The notes under the pieces were generated by a model, which was given only the letters and a program-made list of their open reading frames with translations, made no database searches and had not been told where the DNA came from. A stretch of 64,000 nucleotides of DNA from positions 31,681 through 95,680 of the IMG/VR virus record IMGVR_UViG_3300046804_002762. One strand, 5' to 3'. Source of the DNA: a virus. Positions 18,747 through 27,457 of this stretch are shown here, piece by piece (the stretch's first letter is position 1; the number at the start of each line of letters is the position of its first letter). The position numbers and the translations under genes are program-made.

Positions 18747-19088
18747 ATGAGCACTTCCCAAATGATCCAAGATAACATCGATCGCATTCAAGATAGCATC
18801 AATCTGGCATCCAAACTTGCCCGAGACAATTATGATGCTCGCAATGGCATTATTGACCGCATGAGAATTGATTGGTCTGAACATGCACATCGTTTGACTT
18901 ATATTGCAGGTGAGTGTTCGTATTACTTTCCTCTGCACAATCAGAACGGCGATAAGATTAACGAGGTGAAACTCTATTGTCGTTGCTCTCCTACTGTAAA
19001 AGGAGGAGTTCGCTTCTCTTACACTCTGAACGGTAAGACTATTGCTCGCACCAAGATTGTGAATCGTTTGATTGAACTGGGAGTTTGA
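18747..19088 (+). CDS. Hypothetical protein, paralog of 19846-20133
   Basis: Shared DSI.L...LA..NY..RNG and C..S.TVKG..R....GK.IA. Confidence 0.75.
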   Translation: MSTSQMIQDNIDRIQDSINLASKLARDNYDARNGIIDRMRIDWSEHAHRLTYIAGECSYYFPLHNQNGDKINEVKLYCRCSPTVKGGVRFSYTLNGKTIARTKIVNRLIELGV

Positions 19089-19091
19089 ATT

Positions 19092-19811
19092 ATGAATCTC
19101 TATATCATCAACGAAGTCCTGTCTGATTATACCTCTGGAATGGCAGTAATTGCTGCTGAGTCTAAGGAACACTGCCGCGAGTTGTTTATCGAAGAGTTTG
19201 GCGAATACTATGCTGATTGTTTCGATAAGGATGCAAAGTTCACTGTTATCGAAGGTGTAAATCATGTTGCTGGTGTGGTAGATTATGTGTACGGTGGAGG
19301 TTGATTCCTACCTCACTGCCAATTAAAGTTACTCACCTCCAAAGTGTCCTAGTAGTATGACAACCACTGAAATGACCAAAATGACTCAAACTCCCTCCGA
19401 ACTTCTCTACAACGAAGCACTCAACTTTCTGGTTAATTACTTCAATCATTTTGATAAAGAGGAACTTCAATTTTATGGCAAACTGTATGTGAGCGATATT
19501 GTCAACATTCTTGGATATGCGACCTTTGAAGATAATCTTAACACTGAGGTTGGTTATATTTCCAATGTGACGACTCTGAATCGTCTCCGCAATGAAATTG
19601 TCGATCGTTTCTATAACTAACTATGACTGCATTTGTAACTCCCAAAAGCAAAAAAGCACAGAATCGTTTCTGTAACTTAATGAATCAAAATAATGAATGT
19701 ATTGTTGAGCAACATCGAGGTGATAAGGTGTTTCTCACTTCTGCTAACGGTAAGTATCACTTTTGGGCGAATCTTAACCACGACAAAGACTGGAACATTG
19801 AGTTGAATTAA
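19092..19811 (+). CDS. Small ORFs 19092-19304, 19357-19620, 19623-19811
   Basis: Packed + strand ORFs. Confidence 0.7.
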
Positions 19812-19845
19812 AGTAACTCTGGGGCCTTCAAAGTGTCCTAGTAGT

Positions 19846-20133
19846 ATGAACATCACTGACCTCTTCGATTCCATCAAACTCTCTGAGCAACTTGCGCTCG
19901 AAAACTATCAGCAACGCAACGGTGTTGTTGATTATCGTCTCGATGGAGTTTGTCATCACTACTTCGCAAAGTATGATCTGAATGGCACTCGCACTGGTGA
20001 GATTTGCCTCACCTGTAAAGTTTCCAAAACTGTAAAAGGTTCACTTCGTTATACTTTCCAGATCGACGGTAAGCGTATCGCAGAGAAGCAAATCCCTGCA
20101 GAGTTTAACCTTCTGGGTGCCTTCCGTAATTGA
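19846..20133 (+). CDS. Hypothetical protein, paralog of 18747-19088
   Basis: Single-gene unit between repeats 19814 and 20133. Confidence 0.75.
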   Translation: MNITDLFDSIKLSEQLALENYQQRNGVVDYRLDGVCHHYFAKYDLNGTRTGEICLTCKVSKTVKGSLRYTFQIDGKRIAEKQIPAEFNLLGAFRN

Positions 20134-20185
20134 AACTCTGGGGACTTGAAAGTGTCCCTATAGTATAACCACAACGCTTCTCACA

Positions 20186-21372
20186 ATGCGAGTCATCGAA
20201 CGTCAAATGAATCAAGCAATCTCCCAAGAGATTGATTGGAAAAAGGATAACACTGAAGTTATCAACATTGAAGGTGTAAGTTTCGTCTATCTGTATAGCA
20301 ATCTGATTGCAATGGTAGGTGATACTTGGTTGGAATTGTTTGATGGTGGGCATAAGTCAGCAACCACCAAGTCTCGTCTTAATGCTATTCTGAAAGAGCA
20401 TGGAAATAGCGAATACATCTACCAGAAAAACTTCAACTGGTTTGTGTCTACCAAGTACGGTGATGTTCCTTTCAATGATGGCATCAAACTGAACTGAACT
20501 ATGATGACTGATACCGACAAAGTGTTCGCACTAACTGAACTTCTCAATGACGTAATTCACACTCTTGAAATGAAACAGTATGACATCGAAGATGCTACTC
20601 TGTCTTATGAATGTGTGACTGATGCTGATAAGTTTCGCCAAAAGATGATCGACATTCTTTATCCCAACAAATGACAAAATCCTTCAAAAAGTTCATCTGG
20701 AAAGACTCTAACTCCGACCAAACAAAGGTTATTCTTGCCAGGTCAGAATACCAAGCAAGGAAACAAAACTTCGGCAATCTTGCTGGTTATCTTTACTCTC
20801 ACTCTGTTCCTCTTAACTGATGTTCACGATTCGTTATTTCACTCCTTATCAACAAGTCTGGAGAACGCAAAGTTTCTCTACATTAGAGGAAGCAAATCGT
20901 ATGGTTGACTTCTATCGCTCTTGTGGATCTCCTGCTGAATTACTAACCAAATGACTGAACTTCAAAAAGATTCAATTCTTGCAAACATCGTTGAACAAGT
21001 ACAATCTCGAATCACATATCTTGTCGAGCAAAATCTAATTGAAGAGTCTTATGCTCTGTATAAGGAATGGGAAGAACATCTAGACGATAATATCAGAGAA
21101 CTTGAAATTATCACTGTTATTGACCTCACTACAATTAACTGATTATGATTACTCTCACCACTGTTAATCTGCCTTTCATCATTAACAAGGAAAAGACCAA
21201 AGATGAGAAGCAAGAAGGTATGTTTGCTCTCTACTTTTACAGTCGAAAGATTATACACAAGAACAGAGTAAGGTATAAGTTTGAACCTCTAAGATTCGAT
21301 GGTAAGCAAGCACGTTTCAAGTCAAGAAAGGATGCCAAACGTTATGCTCAGTACCGATTAGGGATTGATTGA
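20186..21372 (+). CDS. Run of small ORFs: 20186-20497, 20951-21142, 21145-21372 and several <60 aa
   Basis: Packed + strand ORFs ending at a terminator. Confidence 0.65.
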
Positions 21373-21383
21373 TTATACTGTAG

Positions 21384-21409
21384 AGAGGGTACTTATACCC
21401 TCTTTTTTT
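21384..21409 (+). terminator. Rho-independent terminator
   Basis: AGAGGGTA-CTTA-TACCCTCT-TTTTTT between convergent genes. Confidence 0.8.
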
Positions 21410-21414
21410 ATTGC

Positions 21415-22191
21415 TTACTGATAGAACCAATAACAACCTTTCCAGGTATATTTGTGCGGATGTTTGAGTGATTTAGTACAACCACTATCTCCACCAGTGC
21501 CCAGTTCTCTCCCTGCTGCTCTTACACTTGGGAAGGCATATTTGATTTTATTTGTTACTTTATCTACGCCATAAATCGCATAACTTTTCTTTTTATCTTC
21601 CAACTTGATTATTCTGTGCCCCTTAACTTTCCATCCGTGTTTAATGTAACGATGAAGATTTGAAACTGCTATATCTAAACTCTCAGCACATTCTGTTATA
21701 CTATCATAGTAAGTTTCTTCCAAGGTATCAACATTTATTGTTTTTACCTTAACTCTACTATGTTTACCATCACCTCTAATAGTAAAATTAGCACCACTTC
21801 TTTTCATTCCTTTTCTTATATTTTCTATGTGCTCTGGTGTTTTCTCAACTCCAGTCATTGTGTCGCTTATTCTATCTTTTAGTTCGTCGCTTATTCTATA
21901 CTGTCCTCCAGCACCTGATGTCTGATTGTAACCATTATTGTAGGAATTGTATTCACTAATCCAGTAAGTTTCTCTTTCATCAAGTATATCTGATGAACAC
22001 TCTTCTATCACTCTTATGTTAAACTTATCTGCCCCATATTTGCGAAGAGATTTGTATAGTGGAGAGGGATTCATTCTCCTCGCTTCATATAGATGTTCTT
22101 TCCATCTTTTGTTCAGTTCATTTATAGTTTGACCCACATAATACTTACCAGTTTCTTTATTGTAGATTGCGTAGATTATTCCTTGGTTCAT
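21415..22191 (-). CDS. GIY-YIG homing endonuclease (Seg-like) with NUMOD repeats
   Basis: GIIYAIYNKETGKYYVGQT...R..EH...E..WI...NGYN. Confidence 0.9.
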   Translation of the reverse strand: MNQGIIYAIYNKETGKYYVGQTINELNKRWKEHLYEARRMNPSPLYKSLRKYGADKFNIRVIEECSSDILDERETYWISEYNSYNNGYNQTSGAGGQYRISDELKDRISDTMTGVEKTPEHIENIRKGMKRSGANFTIRGDGKHSRVKVKTINVDTLEETYYDSITECAESLDIAVSNLHRYIKHGWKVKGHRIIKLEDKKKSYAIYGVDKVTNKIKYAFPSVRAAGRELGTGGDSGCTKSLKHPHKYTWKGCYWFYQ

Positions 22192-22354
22192 TACTGATAA
22201 GACGCTCTAATAATATGTATAAATAGCAGGTTTTTTACTGATAGATTGCTATACTAAACTGTGGAAAACTAAATGTAAAATAAAAGGTATAGTAGTTTGT
22301 TATACCGTTTGTATTATATTTGATAAATGTGAGTTCTTGTAGTGATCTTACCCG

Positions 22355-22383
22355 ACGTTAGCACAGGACCGCACTTTTGTCAA
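22355..22383 (-). promoter_or_regulatory. Sigma70-type promoter, minus strand
   Basis: TTGACA-17 nt-TAACGT, with TG one base upstream of the -10. Confidence 0.55.
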
Positions 22384-22454
22384 CCCCAGCGTCACAAAAT
22401 CCCCACAATCCCCCCGCATAAAATCACCATCCCCTCATAAATACCCTCAAGACC

Positions 22455-22483
22455 TTGACACAAACTCCCAGGCATCTTACAAT
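22455..22483 (+). promoter_or_regulatory. Sigma70-type promoter
   Basis: TTGACA-17 nt-TACAAT. Confidence 0.8.
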
Positions 22484-22511
22484 ACACTCATAACACACCA
22501 GGAGCGTACTT

Positions 22512-22685
22512 ATGTCAGTTGCTTATAGTCAGGCACAGAAGCAGCGTTATAGAATCACTCTGGATTTATCAGTGTTCGGTGACTTCGACCCCCACCAGAT
22601 TGATTGGGAGAAGTTATTCAAGTTGGAACCTGCAGAGAAGTGTGAGGCGTATGTAGAGGACTTAAGTACACCTGACCGTTGGTGA
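22512..22685 (+). CDS. Small hypothetical protein (57 aa)
   Basis: AGGAG RBS; MSVAYSQAQKQRYRITLDLSVFGDFDPHQIDWEKLF. Confidence 0.7.
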   Translation: MSVAYSQAQKQRYRITLDLSVFGDFDPHQIDWEKLFKLEPAEKCEAYVEDLSTPDRW

Positions 22686-22756
22686 GTGTTAGTAACTCTG
22701 GGGCCTTGAAAGTGTCCCTATAGTATAGACACCAATCAACCGCAAATCTCCGACAA

Positions 22757-24094
22757 ATGACTATTCTCAAAGACATGTACACTGGTAAAGTTCGTCTCTC
22801 TCTTGTGGAATATGATGCCTTCCTGAGTGCAATCGAAGGTCTGCAATCGTTCGTTTTGAGCACCAACGCAGATTGTGAAATGGCATACGATTGGGTATGC
22901 GATCAGTGCAACATTCATTCCTTTGTTGCTGATCACTACGCTTGGGATTTGTTCTTCAAAACCTACGAATCTGCAATCGACTGAGTTACACTTTTCCCAC
23001 TTCAATTCTTCACCAAATGACTAACACTTTCCGAGTTGTAATTCCTACCGCTGATGGTATACAAGTCGCTGGAGAGTTTCCTACTCGCTTGTTCGCAAGT
23101 ATGTTCCAGCAAGTTATCCTTACTGATCGCGGTCTTAAGTGTATGATTGAAGAGTTCATTAACGGTCAATGGTTGGACTGAATCCTTCCATTCTCACTTA
23201 CACTTTTTCCCCTAAACTTTTCCTGAAATGACTGTTACTTACCAACGCAATGCTCTCGACATTTCCTATAACGGTTGGGAGAATTATGAGACCTGGAATG
23301 TTGCTCTCTGGATCAACAATGATGAGGGTTTGTATGACATCGCTCGTCGTTGTGATGATTATCAAGACTTCGTAGATGCGGTCGAAGGACTTATCTCTAA
23401 GACGCCTGACGGAGTATCATTCACTGACCCGAAAGTGAACGTGATTCAGATTAACTCAGACTTGTTCGATTTCTAGTCTTAAGTATCACTCACCGATCAC
23501 ACAGTTACTAACACTCAAATGACTCAATCACGCACCGTCACCTTCACTAACGTTCAGGACAATGTGGAGCGTACTGTAGAGTTTCCTGATTATAGCAGTG
23601 CCTACCGATTCGTCACCACTTTGCATATCGCTGGTGTCCAAGCAGTGGTTAATCTTCTCCCTGAAGATATCGCTGCCTGATAACACTTAAGACTCACACA
23701 GTTACTCATACACAATGCGTTACATTTCCTCCAGTCGTTATACGCTTGATGAGATCGCTGAGCAATGTCGTCTGGCAGTATTAGCAGCAAGTCCTAACAC
23801 TCAAGAGCGTACAGATCTTTATACTGAGGTCCGTAAGTTCTATCACTACAGCAACCCTCTCCTGGTTGCACAGTAAGGTATCACAAGAGGAATGAGATGC
23901 GCCTCTATAAAGACACTCACCAAACACACAGTTTCTAACAACAAACAACACAAATGTCTAAGCAAGTTCTCATCTCTCTGCTGGCACAAGGTAATACTGG
24001 TGCTGAGATTCTTCAGATCCTGGATACTCTGGGCAGTGAGCAATCTTCGGAGGGTGCTTATAATGAACCCACTGCAGATGTGATCGAGTTCTGA
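22757..24094 (+). CDS. Small ORFs 22757-22984, ~23017-23181, 23228-23476, 23519-23680, 23715-23876, 23954-24094
   Basis: Read by eye; 23228 has YNGWENYETWNVALWI.NDE. Confidence 0.65.
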
Positions 24095-24139
24095 TACTAA
24101 CTGTGTGCCCCTTGGTTGTTATACAGAGCGTGAGTGATG

Positions 24140-24168
24140 TTGACACTGAGGGGCACTTATGTTATGAT
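24140..24168 (+). promoter_or_regulatory. Near-consensus sigma70 promoter ahead of a structured non-coding tract
   Basis: TTGACA-17 nt-TATGAT. Confidence 0.75.
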
Positions 24169-24609
24169 TGGTGATGATAGTGATTTGGCAGTGTTTTGCG
24201 CCGATTGTTTATATCGGCGCGGCGGCGTTGTGTTATAAACCCGCCCTGATGCCCCCCCTTATTAAAAAAAGCCAACTACCCTAACCTACAGAGGTGACAA
24301 ATCGACCTCTAAATATAAATCTCATAAAAATTTTCCGGAGTATAAAAAATGTTTACGAGGTGGATTCATAAGAAAGGAAAGTCTTGCCCGGATAAACGTT
24401 GTAGGAGTTATAAGACACAAGCAAAGGCAAATGGTGCGCGTAAGAGAAAAAAGAAGTAAACCTTACTGGGGATTTTGGAAGGTTGTGTTAGCGGGCTGGA
24501 TGATTCGTTATCCACGTCCTTTTTTTGTGACACTTGGATTTTGCATGTTTGTGATATATAATGCAGTAACAAAATGAAATAGAAAAAAAAAATTCCGGAG
24601 AAATTTTTT

Positions 24610-24804
24610 ATGACTAGCAAGATATATCACATATATGCAAAGGATAGGTGCATATTTCATTCAATCAAAGAAGAAGAATTCAAGACAACTTGGAATACTC
24701 TGAAAAATATGGTTGGATTAATGAAAACTGACTATACTGTAGATGATTTGTCCTATGAGGAGTTGATTGTAAATAAAGAGACAATTCTAAATTCTTCTCA
24801 TTGA
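24610..24804 (+). CDS. Hypothetical protein
   Basis: GGAG RBS; 64 aa. Confidence 0.65.
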   Translation: MTSKIYHIYAKDRCIFHSIKEEEFKTTWNTLKNMVGLMKTDYTVDDLSYEELIVNKETILNSSH

Positions 24805-24829
24805 CAAGACATATATAGACTGTTAAAAT
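24801..24829 (+). promoter_or_regulatory. Sigma70-type promoter
   Basis: TTGACA-17 nt-TAAAAT. Confidence 0.75.
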
Positions 24830-24854
24830 TGATATTGAAGGTTATTTTTAACTT

Positions 24855-25622
24855 ATGGCAAAAGGATTTACTATTAAAGCTACTGCACCAAAGCCCAAAG
24901 AACAAGAATGGGACATTGATGCAATTAAAGAAAGAATGCGAGGAAAATCTATTGTATTTTGTCTTCCTGGAAGGGGATGTTCATTTATTTTTCTAAAAGC
25001 ATTTGTACAACTTTGTTTTGACATGGTTCAAAACGGAATGAGTATTCAAATTTCACAAGATTACTCATCGATGGTTAATTTTGCTCGCTGCAAATGTTTA
25101 GGAGCAAATGTTCTTCGTGGTCCGAAACAAATTCCTTGGGACGGTAAACTCGAATATGATTACCAACTTTGGATTGATTCGGATATTGTCTTTGATTCTA
25201 CCAAATTCTGGCAACTTTGTGATCTATCTTTTCCTGCTGATGGAGAAGAAAAGGAAATTGTAGCAGGATGGTATGCGACTGAAGATGGACACACAACTTC
25301 AGTCGCACATTGGTTAGAAGAAGATGATTTCCGCAAAAATGGCGGAGTTATGAATCACGAAACTGTAGAAAGTATCTCAAAGCGTCGTAATCCATTTACA
25401 GTTGATTACACTGGATTTGGTTGGGTTCTGATTAAGAAAGGTGTCTTTGAGAATCTTGAATATCCATGGTTTGCTCCAAAAATGCAACAATTTGAATCTG
25501 GAAATGTACAGGATATGTGTGGAGAAGATGTTTCATTCTGCCTTGATGCAAAAGAAGCAGGATTTGAGATTTGGTGTGATCCTCGTATCCGTGTTGGGCA
25601 TGAGAAAACTCGTATTATTTGA
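24855..25622 (+). CDS. GT-A fold glycosyltransferase-like protein
   Basis: WIDSDIVF (DxD), GFGWVLIKKGVFE, GEDVSFC, VGHEK. Confidence 0.8.
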   Translation: MAKGFTIKATAPKPKEQEWDIDAIKERMRGKSIVFCLPGRGCSFIFLKAFVQLCFDMVQNGMSIQISQDYSSMVNFARCKCLGANVLRGPKQIPWDGKLEYDYQLWIDSDIVFDSTKFWQLCDLSFPADGEEKEIVAGWYATEDGHTTSVAHWLEEDDFRKNGGVMNHETVESISKRRNPFTVDYTGFGWVLIKKGVFENLEYPWFAPKMQQFESGNVQDMCGEDVSFCLDAKEAGFEIWCDPRIRVGHEKTRII

Positions 25623-25775
25623 TGACTAAACACTACGACATTTTATACAAAGGTTGTAAAATATATCAGAACCTCACCATCGAAGAGTGTAGTGAGGTTC
25701 TACAAGACCTCTCAGAGCGTTTTTTCTCGGAAGAGGATATTGATCCAAATTTAATTGAACTGGAGGAAATTAAAC

Positions 25776-25916
25776 ATGGCTAAAGGTGGAAACAATAAGA
25801 CAGTATTTGAACCCGGAGCACCGAAAAAGACTCGTCAAGGACGCTCAGCAAGAACTCTTTTGAGTGCAACCTCTCGTAATGGACGAAAGAAAAAATACCG
25901 TGGGCAAGGAAAATAA
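25776..25916 (+). CDS. Small basic protein
   Basis: GGAGG RBS; ...KKTRQG...RKKKYRGQGK. Confidence 0.7.
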   Translation: MAKGGNNKTVFEPGAPKKTRQGRSARTLLSATSRNGRKKKYRGQGK

Positions 25917-25917
25917 A

Positions 25918-26145
25918 ATGCTCCAATTAAATCCACAAATCCCAGTCATTACTCCTAAAGGTAATGGTTGGGCTTTTTTTTGTATTGATCGTTCTCAAGA
26001 GCACGATTTAGAATGGGTTGTCTTCCTAGATAATAATGGAGAGTGTTGGACATTTAAAAATTCTGACCTTCGTATTCAAAAAAATTACACTCTTCATAGA
26101 AATAATCCATCCGGATTTAACTCATGTACTACACTGATCCAATAG
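25918..26145 (+). CDS. Hypothetical protein
   Basis: MLQLNPQIPVITPKGNGWA. Confidence 0.65.
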   Translation: MLQLNPQIPVITPKGNGWAFFCIDRSQEHDLEWVVFLDNNGECWTFKNSDLRIQKNYTLHRNNPSGFNSCTTLIQ

Positions 26146-26741
26146 ATGAATGGAATTCTATTCATAAAGATGATCTATGGGTATATAATAAACTCTTTTT
26201 AGCACACTCTCTAGGGTATCTGTGCGGTCCTGTAGGAACTCCCGTTCTATCTCCAGACTACTATATCGTCAGACCAAGTATTAATTTACTAGGGATGGGG
26301 AGATTTTCTCGTGTAGAATGGATTCATAAACATACGGATCATTTTCATCCATCAGAATTTTGGTGTCAAAGATTCTATGGGCAACATATTAGTGTTGATT
26401 TTAATAACAAAAATTCAAAACTTGTGGTTTTAGGAGATAGATATGACAATGAATCTTTGTATAAATGGAAAAAGTGGACCAAAATTGATGTAAAAATTGA
26501 ATTTCCGTCAATTTTAAATAGTTTAAGGGGCAATTATGAGTGGATCAATTGCGAATTTATAGGGAGTAATCTTATTGAAGTACACTTTCGCCAAAATCCA
26601 GACTTCCGTTATGGAAATACTGTTGCAATTCCGGTTTGGAAAGGTGAGGAAGTTCAAAAAAGAAAAAATTTGAAATTTGTTAAAGATGAAGACTATCTAA
26701 GAGAAGGATTTTACATCGATACTCGGGATAGAACCCCGTAA
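26124..26741 (+). CDS. Hypothetical protein, possibly ATP-grasp-like
   Basis: YIVRP...GMG, HISVD, NCEFIG..LIEVHFR. Confidence 0.5.
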   Translation: MYYTDPIDEWNSIHKDDLWVYNKLFLAHSLGYLCGPVGTPVLSPDYYIVRPSINLLGMGRFSRVEWIHKHTDHFHPSEFWCQRFYGQHISVDFNNKNSKLVVLGDRYDNESLYKWKKWTKIDVKIEFPSILNSLRGNYEWINCEFIGSNLIEVHFRQNPDFRYGNTVAIPVWKGEEVQKRKNLKFVKDEDYLREGFYIDTRDRTP

Positions 26742-26773
26742 AAAGTTCTGATTTTAACAAATCAGGAGCAAAA

Positions 26774-27031
26774 ATGACCAAAAAAGTCGATAAAGACCAA
26801 AATTTTATGAAAAATGAGTGGGGAACTCAATATTTGTCAAGTGAATACGGGTGGGAGTCTAAAATTGAACAACAGAAGATGCTTCGCGAGATTGCAAACG
26901 ATGAATTGACTCCTAAAAAACATGATTTTTTTCATCAAAATGAAATTCATGCCAAAATACGCAATGATAATGATTATGATGATTGGGAATATGGCACAGA
27001 ACCTCTTTATGAATTAAAAAATTGTGAATAA
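26774..27031 (+). CDS. Hypothetical protein
   Basis: AGGAG RBS inside a hairpin. Confidence 0.65.
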   Translation: MTKKVDKDQNFMKNEWGTQYLSSEYGWESKIEQQKMLREIANDELTPKKHDFFHQNEIHAKIRNDNDYDDWEYGTEPLYELKNCE

Positions 27032-27055
27032 ATAAATTTAGTTCTAACATAATTC

Positions 27056-27457
27056 ATGCCTTTAGAGCGGGTAAGTCAGGGTTTTAAAGATATTAGTATG
27101 ACTTTTCAGTCTAATCCCCTGAACAGTGATCTTATTGCACTAAAAAATGAGACTGCTATTGCTCGCTCTATTAAAAACATCGTATTTACTCTTCCCGGAG
27201 AAAAGTTTTTTAACGAAAACTTTGGATCCAGTATTTCAAGGGTTCTTTTTGAAAATGTTGATGAAATTTCTGCATCTATTATTTCCGATGAAATTAGACA
27301 ATCAATAATAAACTATGAACCGAGGGTTAGACTAATTGATGTTCAAATTTATCCGGATTATGATAATGGTTCTTTTGACGTAATAATCATATATGAAATC
27401 ATAGGAGTGGACGTTGTTCCACAACAATTACAATTTGTATTGCAACCTACTAGGTAA
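27056..27457 (+). CDS. gp25: Baseplate wedge subunit gp25
   Basis: SIKNIVFTLPGEKFFNENFGS, NYEPRV; ATAAATA upstream. Confidence 0.9.
   Translation: MPLERVSQGFKDISMTFQSNPLNSDLIALKNETAIARSIKNIVFTLPGEKFFNENFGSSISRVLFENVDEISASIISDEIRQSIINYEPRVRLIDVQIYPDYDNGSFDVIIIYEIIGVDVVPQQLQFVLQPTR

Larger units (their letters stand above)
6004..22727 (+). repeat. Dispersed 33-35 bp direct repeat family, 16 copies
   Basis: Copies start at ~6004, 7261, 7788, 10416, 11011, 12108, 13034, 14472, 16175, 17166, 18715, 19814, 20133, 22693; variant TAAAGTTACTCACCTCCAAAGTGTCCTAGTAGTATG at 17601 and 19324. Confidence 0.95.

Noticed and set aside
6004-22727. CRISPR array interpretation of the 33-35 bp repeat
   Set aside because: The intervals are 0.3-2.6 kb and contain whole genes, and there are no cas genes in the window.
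6004-22727. Classical integron (attC/intI)
   Set aside because: No tyrosine recombinase in the window and no RYYYAAC...GTTRRRY ends. Kept only as an analogy.
14363-22866. Minus-strand ORFs sharing HTIGTLSRPQS or YYRDTFKAPEL
   Set aside because: These are antisense translations of the cassette repeat, not a protein family.
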